From Octopus sinensis (lineage: Eukaryota): DNA of 64,000 nucleotides. Under the pieces are notes generated by a model. That model ran no database searches. It had not been told where the DNA came from and saw only the letters and a list, made by a program, of their open reading frames with translations. A program made the position numbers and the translations under genes. Of the stretch, positions 52,419 through 63,009 are shown one piece after another. Within the stretch, counting starts at the first letter, position 1. Each line of letters opens with the position of its first letter. The stretch spans positions 202,616,001 to 202,680,000 of the forward strand of contig NC_042997.1 of assembly GCF_006345805.1 (NCBI RefSeq). Direction: 5' to 3'.

Positions 52419-53200
52419 AAATTGTATGATAGATTGCAGTCAATTCATTCTCTCTTACCTGTTTGTGTCTGCCTTCCAAATGCTGTTTTTACTGAGATCT
52501 CCCTTTTTAGTAGAAGAAATAGCTATAACCCTTTGACTGCTATTTCTAAATTCGGTATGTGGTAAGGCAACTCGTTGCTAAACCCTTATTGCTTAGTATT
52601 ACTTAAATTTTCCTCGAATGAGGCTTTTACATGCCGAAGACTACTTGGTGTAATTGATAATTTTTCCAAATTAATTAATTTCACCCTTCATTATTACGGA
52701 TAACCATATTTTATCTCAGTAGATGACCACAGCATCTTGTTTTGGCTACACGCGGGTGGGAAGGGGCTGTTGACACAATCGTTTCATTCACAAATTGAAT
52801 TCGGTGATACCAGTTGCGGATTCTAGCTCGCTCTGATACTGAGTTGAGTTGGTGCCTTCTGGTATCTCAAAATTCAATATATAATCATTTATGATTATAG
52901 TATTCTACGCTGAAGAGAAAAGAAGTTTCGGTAAGATAGAATTATTTAATATTTAATATTTAATTCTTATGCTTTCCTAAAAACTTGATTTCGAAACGTA
53001 CGTCCGTGGATAACTAAAAAAATTGTATGATAGATTGCAGTCAATTCATTCTCTCTTACCTGTTTGTGTCTGCCTTCCAAATGCTGTTTTTACTGAGATC
53101 TCCCTTTTTAGTAGAAGAAATAGCTATAACCCTTTGACTGCTATTTCTAAATTCGGTATGTGGTAAGGCAACTCGTTGCTAAACCCTTATTGCTTAGTAT
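52419..53200 (+). mobile_element. Retrozyme-like / Penelope-dependent non-autonomous retroelement: 601-bp monomer in a 1.3x tandem, inserted in a (TA)n tract
   Basis: 52419-52599 and 53020-53200 are identical 181-bp direct repeats. The hammerhead lies just before the second repeat. No ORF; (TA)n on both flanks. Confidence 0.7.
52897..53016 (+). ncRNA. Type I hammerhead ribozyme, predicted cleavage after GUC at 53004
   Basis: Core CTGAAGA (52910-16). Stem II 52917-52992 closed by G-C. GAAA at 52993-96. Short palindromic stem III ACGTACGT. GTC triplet 53002-04. Stem I TCTACG/CGTGGA plus 4 more bp after a 2x2 mismatch. Pairing checked by hand. Confidence 0.85.
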
Positions 53201-53650
53201 ATATATATATATATGTATGTGTATAATGATGCAAGACTTTGAACCTCATGAAGGAGCAATAAACACCAGGATGGGATAACTGGCAAATGTTATGCTTTGG
53301 AAGACCTGCCCATCTCATGGCATGGGTTAAGCAGTTTGACAAGATCTTATGAATTTAAAGTCTGCATTGGGCTTCAATGTCTGTATTGATATGTACAATG
53401 TCTGTACAACTGTGTGCCCTTCCTTACATCGATAACGTCAGAGTGATATGTGTTTTTGTTTGTGGCACTAGCTCTAGTGAAGATTGCCTTACATCTTACT
53501 AGACTAAGGGCCCAAGATGGCTCCTAAGTGACTCCTGCTATGAAAATATAACATTTGAAACAAATGTATAAATTCTAGTAACGCTTTTTGATTACAGCTG
53601 ACACTCAGGAATTAAATGTAATAATAATAATAATATTTTGTACTTTTTAG

Positions 53651-53727
53651 CATCAATATGTAAATGTCACAACATTCCAGACAGAAAACAAAGGACTTGG
53701 ATTGATGACTCTTGAAGATGTCCTACC
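53651..53727 (+). CDS. SETD2: SETD2 exon, start of SET domain (HQYVNVTTFQTENKGLGLMTLEDVLP)
   Basis: tactttttAG acceptor and CC|GTAAGT donor; 77 nt, phase 0-2; TExKGxGL SAM-binding motif. Confidence 0.93.
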
Positions 53728-54378
53728 GTAAGTAATCTTACTTAGAAACTATTGTTTTTAACCATCATCCTCATTGTTTTAAGTCTACTTTTCCATGCTT
53801 CTTTGGGTTGGATGGTCATTATTGCACTTGCAGATAGATTGGAGGAGCAATCTCACAGTTTTCATTTTTGGCTTGATTTTTGTGGTTGGATGCTCTTCCT
53901 ATGACCAACATCTCTATACAGTGCACTGAATGCATTATGGCACCAGTAACAGAAGAAATTAGGGATAAGAGCATGACAGATAGCATGCAATGGATAAATG
54001 GTACAGATAAATAAATGTTGATACTAAATTGCAAGGTAGGGAATATAGCTAGAGTCCTTACCTGGGGTGGTCCCCTTAACTCTTTTGATACCAACATTCT
54101 TGAGACTACTCCTGATTCTATGATACAAACCTCCTGTTTTAAAATATTTAAAACTTCCCATCAGACTTTCATGTTCATTTATGTTCCCAACTCTAGCTTA
54201 ATAATACTGAGTGTTTCCTCATTTTTCAATGTGGTTAAAGCACATGTTTCAAGGTGAGTGAGAGGTCAAGGACGATGAAAAGCTATGTGAACAAATGAAA
54301 CTATTGCCATTCTTACTCACACAGGCAGCATAATACAGTGAGATTGAGAAAAGAAGAAAGTGATTGAGTAGACTTAAT

Positions 54379-54610
54379 GGCGATGAGCTGGCAGAATCGT
54401 TAGCATGCCGGGTGAAATGCTTAGCGGTATTTCGTCTGCCGTTACGTTCAGAGTTCAAATTCCGCCGAGGTCGACTTTGCCTTTCATCCTTTCGGGGTTG
54501 ATAAATTAAGTACCAGTTACGCACTGGGGTCGATATTATCGACTTAATCCGTCTGTCTCTCATTGTTTGTCTCCTCTGTGTTTAGCCCCTTGTGGGTAGT
54601 AAAGAAATAG
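54379..54610 (+). mobile_element. SINE family A copy
   Basis: Near-identical to 47302-47530. Confidence 0.88.
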
Positions 54611-54859
54611 TTATGCAGATATACATGCATGCATGCATGTGTGTGTGTGTATCTACTGGTATTTCCCTTCAAACCACTTCTCCATTCTTGTTCTTCACCC
54701 TCTCTATTCACCTCTACTCTTATCTCTAACTATCTGCTACTCTTTCCTCTCACTTTTATAAACCACCTACTCCTGATCCACTGTCCTTAACTTCCTCACA
54801 GATACCCCCATTCACTCTGATATAAATGTCAGGTAGCTATGTATCTTATCTGTAGCAAG

Positions 54860-55090
54860 TTGGCGAAATAGCAGAAACGTTAGCACACCAGGCGAAATGC
54901 TTAGTAGTATTTCATCTGACTTTATGTTCTGAGCTCAAATTCTGCCGAGTTTGACTTTGCCTTTCATCCTTTCAGGGTCAATAAATTAAGTACCATTTAC
55001 GCACTGGGGTCGATATAATCGATTTAATCCCTTTGTCTGTCCTTGTTTGTCCCCTCTATGTTTAGCCCCTTGTGGGCATTGAAGAAATAA
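54860..55090 (+). mobile_element. SINE family A copy (more diverged)
   Basis: Same A/B boxes, central domain and 3' GTTTAGCCCCTTGTGGG. Confidence 0.85.
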
Positions 55091-55499
55091 GATGCTTGTC
55101 CCTGACATAAAAATATCACCTCTCCCTCATCTCAAGTACCATCATCGCCACCACTTAGTTGAAGGCTTTTCCCTTTCTGCCTTTATTTGTCTTCCCCTTT
55201 TTTTGTCCTTTCCTCTCTTGCAAGATACTTGGCAACCCTAGTAGTACTGGTGGCATGAAAAAAAAAAAAACAGCTCCCAGGACACATTATAAAATGGTTG
55301 GCATTAGAAGGGCATCCAGCTTTAGAAACCATGCCAAAGCTGACATGGTACACAATGCAACTCTGTTTCACTGGATCATGTCAAACTGTCCAAAATGGAC
55401 ATTAAATGATGATGATGATTACATACACACACATGCACACCTAACGATACATACTTTAGTATACATTTAATAAATGTAATTTTGAAGATTTTTAAAAAA

Positions 55500-55921
55500 A
55501 AGAATTGGGTGTGATTGTTGCCAGAGCAAGCTGGCCTCCGTGCCAATGGCACATAAAAAACACCATTCGAGCGTGATCATTACCTGCGTTGCCTTACTGG
55601 CTCTTGTGCTGGTGGCACGTGAAAAAACATTCGAGTGAGGTCATTGCCAGTACCGCTGGACTGGCTCCTGTGCAGGTGGCACATAAAAAGCACCATTTGA
55701 GCATGGCCATTGCCAGTACCGCCTGACTGGCCCTTGTGCCGGTGGCACGTAAAACACCTACAACACTCTCGGAGTGGTTGGCATTAGGAACGGCATCCAG
55801 CTGTAGAAACTCTGCCAGATCAGATTGGAGTCTGGTGCAGCCATATGGTTTGCCAGACCTCGGTTAAATCGCCCAACCCATGCTAGCATGGAAAGCGAAT
55901 GTTAAATGATGATGATGATGC
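55500..55921 (+). mobile_element. Repeat family C long copy with ~60-bp internal subrepeats; other + copies at 23065-23165, 50436-50590, 51130-51645, 55250-55420
   Basis: Repeated GTGC(C/T)GGTGGCAC(G/A)TAAAA units, then GGAGTGGTTGGCATTAGGAA...GTTAAATGATGATGATGATG tail ending ~70 nt before the SET exon acceptor. Confidence 0.78.
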
Positions 55922-55990
55922 TGATATTCCTTTAAACAGTCTTTTTAGTTCTATCAAAGCAATTAATCTTTTGTTTACTTTCTTTTGTAG

Positions 55991-56192
55991 GCATACATTT
56001 GTCATGGAGTATGTTGGAGAAGTTCTTGACTATAAGCAGTTCAAGAATCGGACAAAGCAGTATGCTAAAAATGGCCAGGAGCATTATTATTTCATGTCCC
56101 TGAATGCTGATGAAGTGATTGATGCCACATACAGAGGAAATAAATCTCGTTTTATTAATCATAGCTGTGATCCAAATTGTGAAACTCAAAAG
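55991..56192 (+). CDS. SETD2: SETD2 exon, SET core (HTFVMEYVGEV...DATYRGNKSRFINHSCDPNCETQK)
   Basis: ttcttttgtAG acceptor and AAG|GTGAGT donor; 202 nt; EYxGEV and RFINHSCDPN motifs; ORF 55899..56204. Confidence 0.97.
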
Positions 56193-56774
56193 GTGAGTTT
56201 GTGAGAAGGAACTGTTTTTTTTTTCTATAATTCCTCTATGTTAGCATAGGTCTTGTAATTTGTCAGAATTGATCATATGCATACTATTATAACAGTTTGT
56301 TTTTACAGCCATATGTTGTTCCTTATGCAAACTGCTTGGTGTTAAATCAGGGTGCAGCCTCTTTGTAAACCAAGTAAACTGGAGCAAACAGTGTTATGTG
56401 CCTTGTCCACAATCATTACACATTAGCTACTGAGAGGTTTGACTCGTGGCAGATAAATTGATTTCATTTTCATTTGATAGGTGCTGGCATGGCTGTGTGG
56501 TTGAGAAGTTTACTTCCCTACCAAATGGTTTCTGGTTCAGTCCCACTGCATAGTACCTTCAGCAGGTGTTCTACTATAGCCCTGTTTTGGAAGTTGATTT
56601 GGTGGAGAGAAACACCTCAGATCTTTTGTAATCTTATAGAAATTCAAACTAATATTTAGTTAAATCAGTTTGACTTTGTTTCACTGTACATTCGTTATAA
56701 ATAGAAATTTTCATATATTATCTGCAAAATCAATTGTAATGCTCAGCTTATTTATTTATTTATTTTTTCTTTAG

Positions 56775-56866
56775 TGGACGGTAAATGGAATGCTGCGAAT
56801 TGGATTTTTCACCAAAACGTTTATTAGTGCTGGGCAGGAGATGACATTTGATTATCAGTTTGAAAG
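56775..56866 (+). CDS. SETD2: SETD2 exon, SET C-terminus (WTVNGMLRIGFFTKTFISAGQEMTFDYQFE+AG)
   Basis: ttttttctttAG acceptor and AAG|GTAAAT donor (read-through hits TAA); 92 nt; ExTFDY motif. Confidence 0.95.
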
Positions 56867-57184
56867 GTAAATCTGATATCTAGGTATATTATTTCATTCC
56901 TTTGTTACACTACTAAACAAGAGAGTTAACCTGACATATGATGGAGCTAAAGCTTTGATATTAAGCTAGTACTTTTATCTATTAAAGTCAAGTGTGTGTT
57001 TCAGTTTTATTATTTAATCAAATATATTACAGTATTATTAAGTAACAAGATCGTTTGACATAAGATCTGGCTACTGATGCCCTACTCCATTGTATTTAAT
57101 ATTCTTTATTAAATTTTTTTTTAAATATTTTTTTTTGAAGTTCATGAATAATAGAACAAGTAGAAAGATATATTTTTCAACACA

Positions 57185-57300
57185 TAAATACTGAACAGTA
57201 TATATAAAGGATAAAATCTTTTTAAGAGCAGAAAAATTTGCCAGCAAATTTTTCTGCTCTTAAAAAGATTTTATCCTTTATATATACTGTTCAGTATTTA
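57185..57300. repeat. Perfect 56-bp-stem hairpin with 4-nt loop (CCAG), extending imperfectly to ~57143-57342
   Basis: 57185-57240 is the exact reverse complement of 57245-57300. Confidence 0.95.
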
Positions 57301-57461
57301 CTTGTTGAAAAAAATCTTTCAACTTTCTTTGTTGTAATCATGGTTCTCATAAATGACCACATCTTGATAGTTTAACATCGACTTAGATCTTTTCTTTTTA
57401 AATTCCAAATATATGAATAGTTAGAAAAGTCTTTCAGTGGCATTTTATATTATTTGTGCAG

Positions 57462-57597
57462 CAAACAAGCACAAAAATGTCACTGTGGCTCAAGTTGTTG
57501 TCGAGGAACAATAGGTGGTAAGAAGAAGTCTACAGTGAAATCCAAGAAGAAAAGTGTTTCCTCAGAAAAGAAAAAGAAAGAGTTTGAAGATGAATCT
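57462..57597 (+). CDS. SETD2: SETD2 exon, post-SET CxCx4C plus Lys-rich tail (KQAQKCHCGSSCCRGTIGGKKKSTVK...EFEDES)
   Basis: tatttgtgcAG acceptor and TCT|GTGAGT donor; 136 nt; matches KEAQKCFCGSANCRG. Confidence 0.92.
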
Positions 57598-59290
57598 GTG
57601 AGTTTACTAATTCAAAATATTGTGCTATATTCCACTTTAAAAAATTGTTCTGTTGGATAATTATGGCCAAGATGATTTCAGAAATAAAAGCTTTTGGTCA
57701 AATTACTTAATCTTTTTGTAAAATACCACTTCTCTGATTTATTTCTAATTTGTTACTGGAATATGGGTAGTCTGGTTTTTTATTTTCCTTTTCTTTATCA
57801 TAACATTTTTGCTTATAAATAACCAAATAAGTGGTATAACTTAAAGATTAGGAATACATTTGACATTCTTTAAAAATTAAAATGAAATAATGAATTATTT
57901 CATACTAATTTGTTCTCATTTTAATTGGCTAGCCATTTAGTTACAGAGCTTGGTTTGTTGCCTAAAAGCTGCCCTTGCAATCTCGGCTTATCTATATAGA
58001 TTGGTTAATGCTTTATAATGTGATTCAAGCAATTCTATCAGAGCCATTAACTCAATTAATTTTATTTGGATTTTTGGTACTAATCATGCTTCTAAGTTAA
58101 AATATTAATGCTGCTGTGGATATTTAAAAACTCTTAAAATTAATTCACTATTTTTTTTTGGTTTATATTGTTCTAAAAGCTTCTCTGTAAGCTTTTGTTT
58201 AGGTCCCAAGTTCTATTCTACTTTATTATTAGACACAAATATATATGTTATAGATTACAAGGAAGAATATTTTTTTATTATTATTTTGGTTTTTATCAGA
58301 AACAAAATTTTTATTTTCTAATTTTACCAATGATTTTGATCTGGCCATCCACCAATTGCACAGGTCTTTAATAATTAAAAATCAACATCACAGATTCTGT
58401 CACTGATCAAATATGTTAATTAGCCAAGTACAAAAATATAGGTTGGAGATATAAAATTCTGACTTAAAAGTTCTAAGTTTCCTTTTGGATACCCTTTTTG
58501 TTTGCTTTTCTTTGTTTTTGAAAATTCTAATTTCTGTTTACATTTTCATTCCATTTTTCCTCTTTTTTTTTTTTTTGCAATTGAAATTTTCAAATTATTT
58601 TTATCATGTCTGGCAAAATTTATTATCTGTTAATTCTTTTTGTAAATTGAATTTTTAAAACCTTTTCTAAAACAAAAGGTTTTCTAATTTTGTAACTTGA
58701 AAAAAAAAAAGTATTTTATTTTCTTCAAGTTCTGAATTCTAGAACTTTATTTTATTTTACAATGTTCTGTAACCATGGCTTTCTTCAAATCTAACACTGA
58801 CAGTGTAGCATCTTATGAAATTTTATGTAGAATGTAATTGATATATTGATTATTGGAATAATATATTTAAGTGACAACTTAACTGAAATTCATTTTGATG
58901 GCTAGTGGAAATAATATTTGTCCAATAAAAGGACTTCTATTGCTTTTTCTTAGCCAAAGTTTCGTCAAAACTATATTATTTCATAAAGGCTTAATTAGCT
59001 TTGTAGTTGTTAAAAAGAAATTATACATGTTTTATCACTAAGTTTAAAATGAGAAAAGAATTAGAATAAGAGCATAGTGTTGAGGATATACGTATTTTGT
59101 ATCTATTGTCTTTGAACTAAAAATACTTAACTCGAATTCTTGCTTTTTTGAGTTGTATAACCAAATTCCTCTAAATATCTTGAAGTCAGCTGTTCCATCA
59201 TATGCCTGAAATCAGTTGTTGGAATTCTGTAGAAAGCCTGTGATACTGGAATGGAATTTTCAAAACCTTTTCCCCTGACCCTATTTCCAG

Positions 59291-59455
59291 AATATCCTAA
59301 AGCTCAATAAGCAATGGAACAACATGTCGCAGAGTGATGATGATGGTGATGACGGTGACGACAATGGTGGTGACAACGGTGATGAGGAGGACGACGGCGA
59401 TGACGAACAAGGCGCCGTTAAGAAGCAACCAGATGGCCAGATAAAACTACTCATG
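59291..59455 (+). CDS. Candidate in-frame cassette exon (55 aa, Asp/Gly-rich) of SETD2
   Basis: Branch-like CTGAC plus pyrimidine tract plus CAG ending 59290; ATG|GTAAAA donor at 59456; 165 nt, phase 0-0, no stops; GC-rich island in AT-rich intron. No transcript evidence. Confidence 0.35.
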
Positions 59456-60649
59456 GTAAAATTAGAAACTAACCTCCTGCTAGTATTCAGACTAGGCAAC
59501 AAACTACAGCAGCAGATGTGTCATGTGTCACTAACCATCTGTAGGCTATGATACCTAAATTTCAGGGGTTCGTTCGCCACCCTTAACCCCCATATAATGT
59601 TCAGTCCCTTCCCCAGCTTTCGTTTACTTTTTATATAAAGTGAAAAACTATCAGCTTCTTTGCATTTCTATTTTCACTTTCTCTCTCTCTCTGTCTCTCT
59701 CTATCTTTTCTCTCTCACACACATACATATACATTACTCACACATTACTGCATATCTAAAAATCTGACTTTAATTATACTAAGTCATTAAATAATCATGC
59801 ATGTTGACAGCATTTATACATATTTTCAGTGTATGTATTTATGTGTGTGTGTTTGTGTGTGTTTATAGACACACAAACACACCCAGATACTTATTGATGT
59901 CTATTTGTATGTATTAATTGTTGGATGTTTTCTGTTTTATTAATTTACGTTTCACATTATCTACTGTCATTTCTACTTTCAGTGTTTTAATTAGTATCCA
60001 ATTTATTAGAGCACTTTATTAAATTATAATTTTTATTACTTGATTTTGAGATTCATCATAAATTACTAATAGTTAACATTTTCAAAATCAAAGAAAATGA
60101 AGACATTTTAGTAAGATGTTTTTTTCATTTAAGATATCATAACTGATTCAATTAATCTATTATCCAATTAGTTTTATATATAGCCCAAGATTGAATTTTG
60201 TTGGGGCTGGTTAATTATTGCCTTAAAGTTGCATTATTGTAGCTTTAATATATTATTATAATTATGGAGGCAGATATGTTGCATTACCATATATAAATCT
60301 CATCATTTAACATATTTTCCATGCTGGCGCGAGGCAGATAGTTCAGTAGGATCCAACAATCCGGAGGACTGTGCCAAGCTCTACTATCTGCTTTGGGATG
60401 GTTTCTACAGTTAAATGCCTTTCCCAATGCCAACCACTTTAAAGTATACTGGATGCTATTTATGTGACGCCAGCACAAGTGAGGTTACCATGTAATAACT
60501 CACAAAACTTGACTAGTATCATAGATGAGGAGGTAGCTTTGTGCTAGATGTTCAGAAATTAAAATATGGTAAGGCAAGAACTAAGTTTTTTGTTGTAGAG
60601 GATATACATAGCTATATGAGGGTGAATGCAGGTAATTGGTGGAGCTGAA

Positions 60650-61250
60650 AAGAAACTTAAAGATGATGAGTTTTTAGAGCGTACCCTCAAAGTACAAGAA
60701 GGTGACTAGAAGGGAGTGTGGGGATAGAAGATTAGAAGGAGGGGATAAATCTCTGCCTCACAATTCTGAATCCAACTCTTGGGCCAAACTTCCTTCTTTA
60801 TTTTACAGACCATGCCAGAGGTGGTGGTAAGATAATGGTTGGCATCAGTACAGGCTTTCCTCTTTCTTCCTTCTTAGAATATAGTCCTCTATGTAATCAA
60901 AAGAGATAATTATCATCTGTGAAGTGGTTTGTGTTGTGGTGAACTGAGCCTGTTTCTTCTACCATATATCTTTCAATTTCCTTCCTTCTCTCCTATCTTA
61001 ACAAATATAAGGTTTAAAACCTCTCCCAAGAAACCATTGTTATTGTTAGAGATATTGTGGTGGAGTTGTCAAGCTTTTGGGAAATGAATTTCTCCACCTG
61101 AGGCATTTCGTATATTTTGCAAGAACATTGCCAATTTCTTTGTACTTTTTGTTTGCTGAATTAAGAAAATATTTTCTCTGCTACACTCGTAAAGTATTTT
61201 GTCAATATTCCGTTTTAAACTATCTGCTCAATTAAAACAAAAAAAATTCT
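60650..61250 (-). mobile_element. Decayed LINE reverse-transcriptase fragment (RTE/L2-like)
   Basis: Frameshifted EE(Q)AQFT (EEQAGFR-like) and GKPVL remnants in RT order on the minus strand. Confidence 0.5.
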
Positions 61251-61759
61251 TTTTTGTCTCTTGTTTTTGTTTCTGTTACAAAAGTGAATAAATGCTGTCT
61301 GATGCTAATGTGTTAATTTAGTTTTAAAATAGTTTTCTTGCATTGTAATGATATTCAGTTTCCCTAGGAAAATTTTCTTTTGTTTTATATAACTTTATAT
61401 CTATCTTCATGTACATATATATAATATATACAAACACTTATATACATAAAAACTAGATTCCTATGAATTTTCCACTTTTTTTAATGATAAAAAATTTTTT
61501 TTTAGATCACGTTTAGTGTGATAACTATATTACCTTACCTAATTTCATTAACTTAGCTCTCTTTCTGCCATCAGGCTTATTGATTTGATTGCAAATCCAC
61601 AAAATGCCTTTCTGTGTTGCCTTAATATCTTCTTGCCTTAAGGCAAATTATCTGAGTTTCATTTTGTTTTTCCATTTATAATACTATAGAAAATCTACAT
61701 TTTAAATTCCTTTTTCTTTTTCATTTTTCCTTTTCTCTATATCCTGATTTTGCTTTTAG

Positions 61760-61891
61760 TTGGAAGAAGAAATGGAACGAATGTCCCAGTTGGAAGGATT
61801 AAAGAATAAAGAACATGTACTTAACCTGTGCAGGTTAATGGTTAGAGCAGAAAGTAATGACCATCGATTGTCCATATTGCGCATATTGCAG
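61760..61891 (+). CDS. SETD2: SETD2 exon, helical domain after post-SET (LEEEMERMSQLEGLKNKEHVLNLCRLMVRAES...LRILQ)
   Basis: tgcttttAG acceptor and CAG|GTAGGT donor; 132 nt; matches human GLSDKNQVLSLSRLMVRIE. Confidence 0.93.
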
Positions 61892-62378
61892 GTAGGTGAA
61901 TCAGACTTTAAACCTTATCACAAAAACCATTCTTGTTTCCAGTAAAAATGGATTTATTTTATATATTGTACAACACTCCATCACCATCTTCATTAAATGT
62001 CCACTTTTCCATGCTTGCATGGGTTTGATGAAACTCATTGAAGCAGATTTTCTACAGTTGGATGTTCTTATCATGAAACCTCACCTGTTCCAAGCAAGGT
62101 AATATTTTCCCTCGTCCTTTGAACATGAACAATAGCAAGTCATGTTTCATGGAAGATTGCAGACAAATAACACCATTTCCCCAAGGTGTGGATGGTTCTA
62201 TGACCAGTAGTTTTGTTTATAGTGTACAAATATCAAGACCTTGGGACACAAACACAGACATAGACACACATACATACATTCACACACACACACCTGGCTT
62301 TTTGTTTTATATTTAACATACTCTCTCATAAGGCATTGGTCAACTCTTGGCAGTTACCCTAGCTGCAATACAGTAGTT

Positions 62379-62595
62379 ATTTCTTTACTACCCACAAGGG
62401 GACAAACAAGGACAGACAAATGGATTAAATCGATTACATCGACCCCAGTGCGTAACTGGTACTTATTTAATCGACCCCGAAAGGATGAAAGGCAAAGTCG
62501 ACCTCGGCGGAATTTGAACTCAGAACGTAACGGCAGACGAAATACGGCTACGCATTTCGCCCGGCGTGCTAACGTTTCTGCCAGCTTGCCACCTT
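62379..62595 (-). mobile_element. SINE family A copy, antisense
   Basis: Reverse complement of 47302-47530 with a small internal deletion. Confidence 0.88.
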
Positions 62596-62802
62596 GCACG
62601 CAGAGCCATGTGGCTGTAAAGCAAGCCTCTTGGCCACACAGCCTTGCCTTATGTCAGTTGTTGCTGCTACAAAATAATTATGAAGTAAAATTGATTCTAT
62701 CATGATATCATATTTTCTGAATTTTTATCTATAAATAATCTGTCTTTCATTTTGATCTGTTTCTGTTTCATTCAACTTTTTTCCCTCCTTTCTCATTCTT
62801 AG

Positions 62803-62913
62803 GGCACAAATGAGCAGGCTTGTTTGCGTCTATTCTTGGACTATCATGGCCTACCTTTACTGTGGAGCTGGATGGCTGATATTGGTGATGGGGCTCCCTA
62901 TTTAAAATTACAG
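62803..62913 (+). CDS. SETD2: SETD2 exon (GTNEQACLRLFLDYHGLPLLWSWMADIGDGAPYLKLQ)
   Basis: Pyrimidine tract plus AG and CAG|GTATTA donor; 111 nt; matches human CLKSFLERHGLSLLWIWMAELGD. Confidence 0.94.
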
Positions 62914-63009
62914 GTATTATTTGCTGTTTATAGCTATAAATATATTTTTATATGTAATGGGTTCTAATAAGCATTGCAATAATATGAAACCCTTTTATTT
63001 CTTTTGTAG

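Noticed and set aside
52613-52650. Second hammerhead in the retrozyme-like element (CTCGAATGAGGC...GCCGAAGAC)
   Set aside because: Core nucleotides do not match CUGANGA/GAAA and no stems I or III could be built.
56139-56150. Lys in GNKSRF where human SETD2 has Cys
   Set aside because: This position varies among SET domains (EZH2 has GNKIRF); not evidence of inactivity.
57271-57280. TTATCCTTT resembling a U12 5' splice site
   Set aside because: First base is non-canonical, it lies inside the hairpin arm, and there is no U12 branch site.
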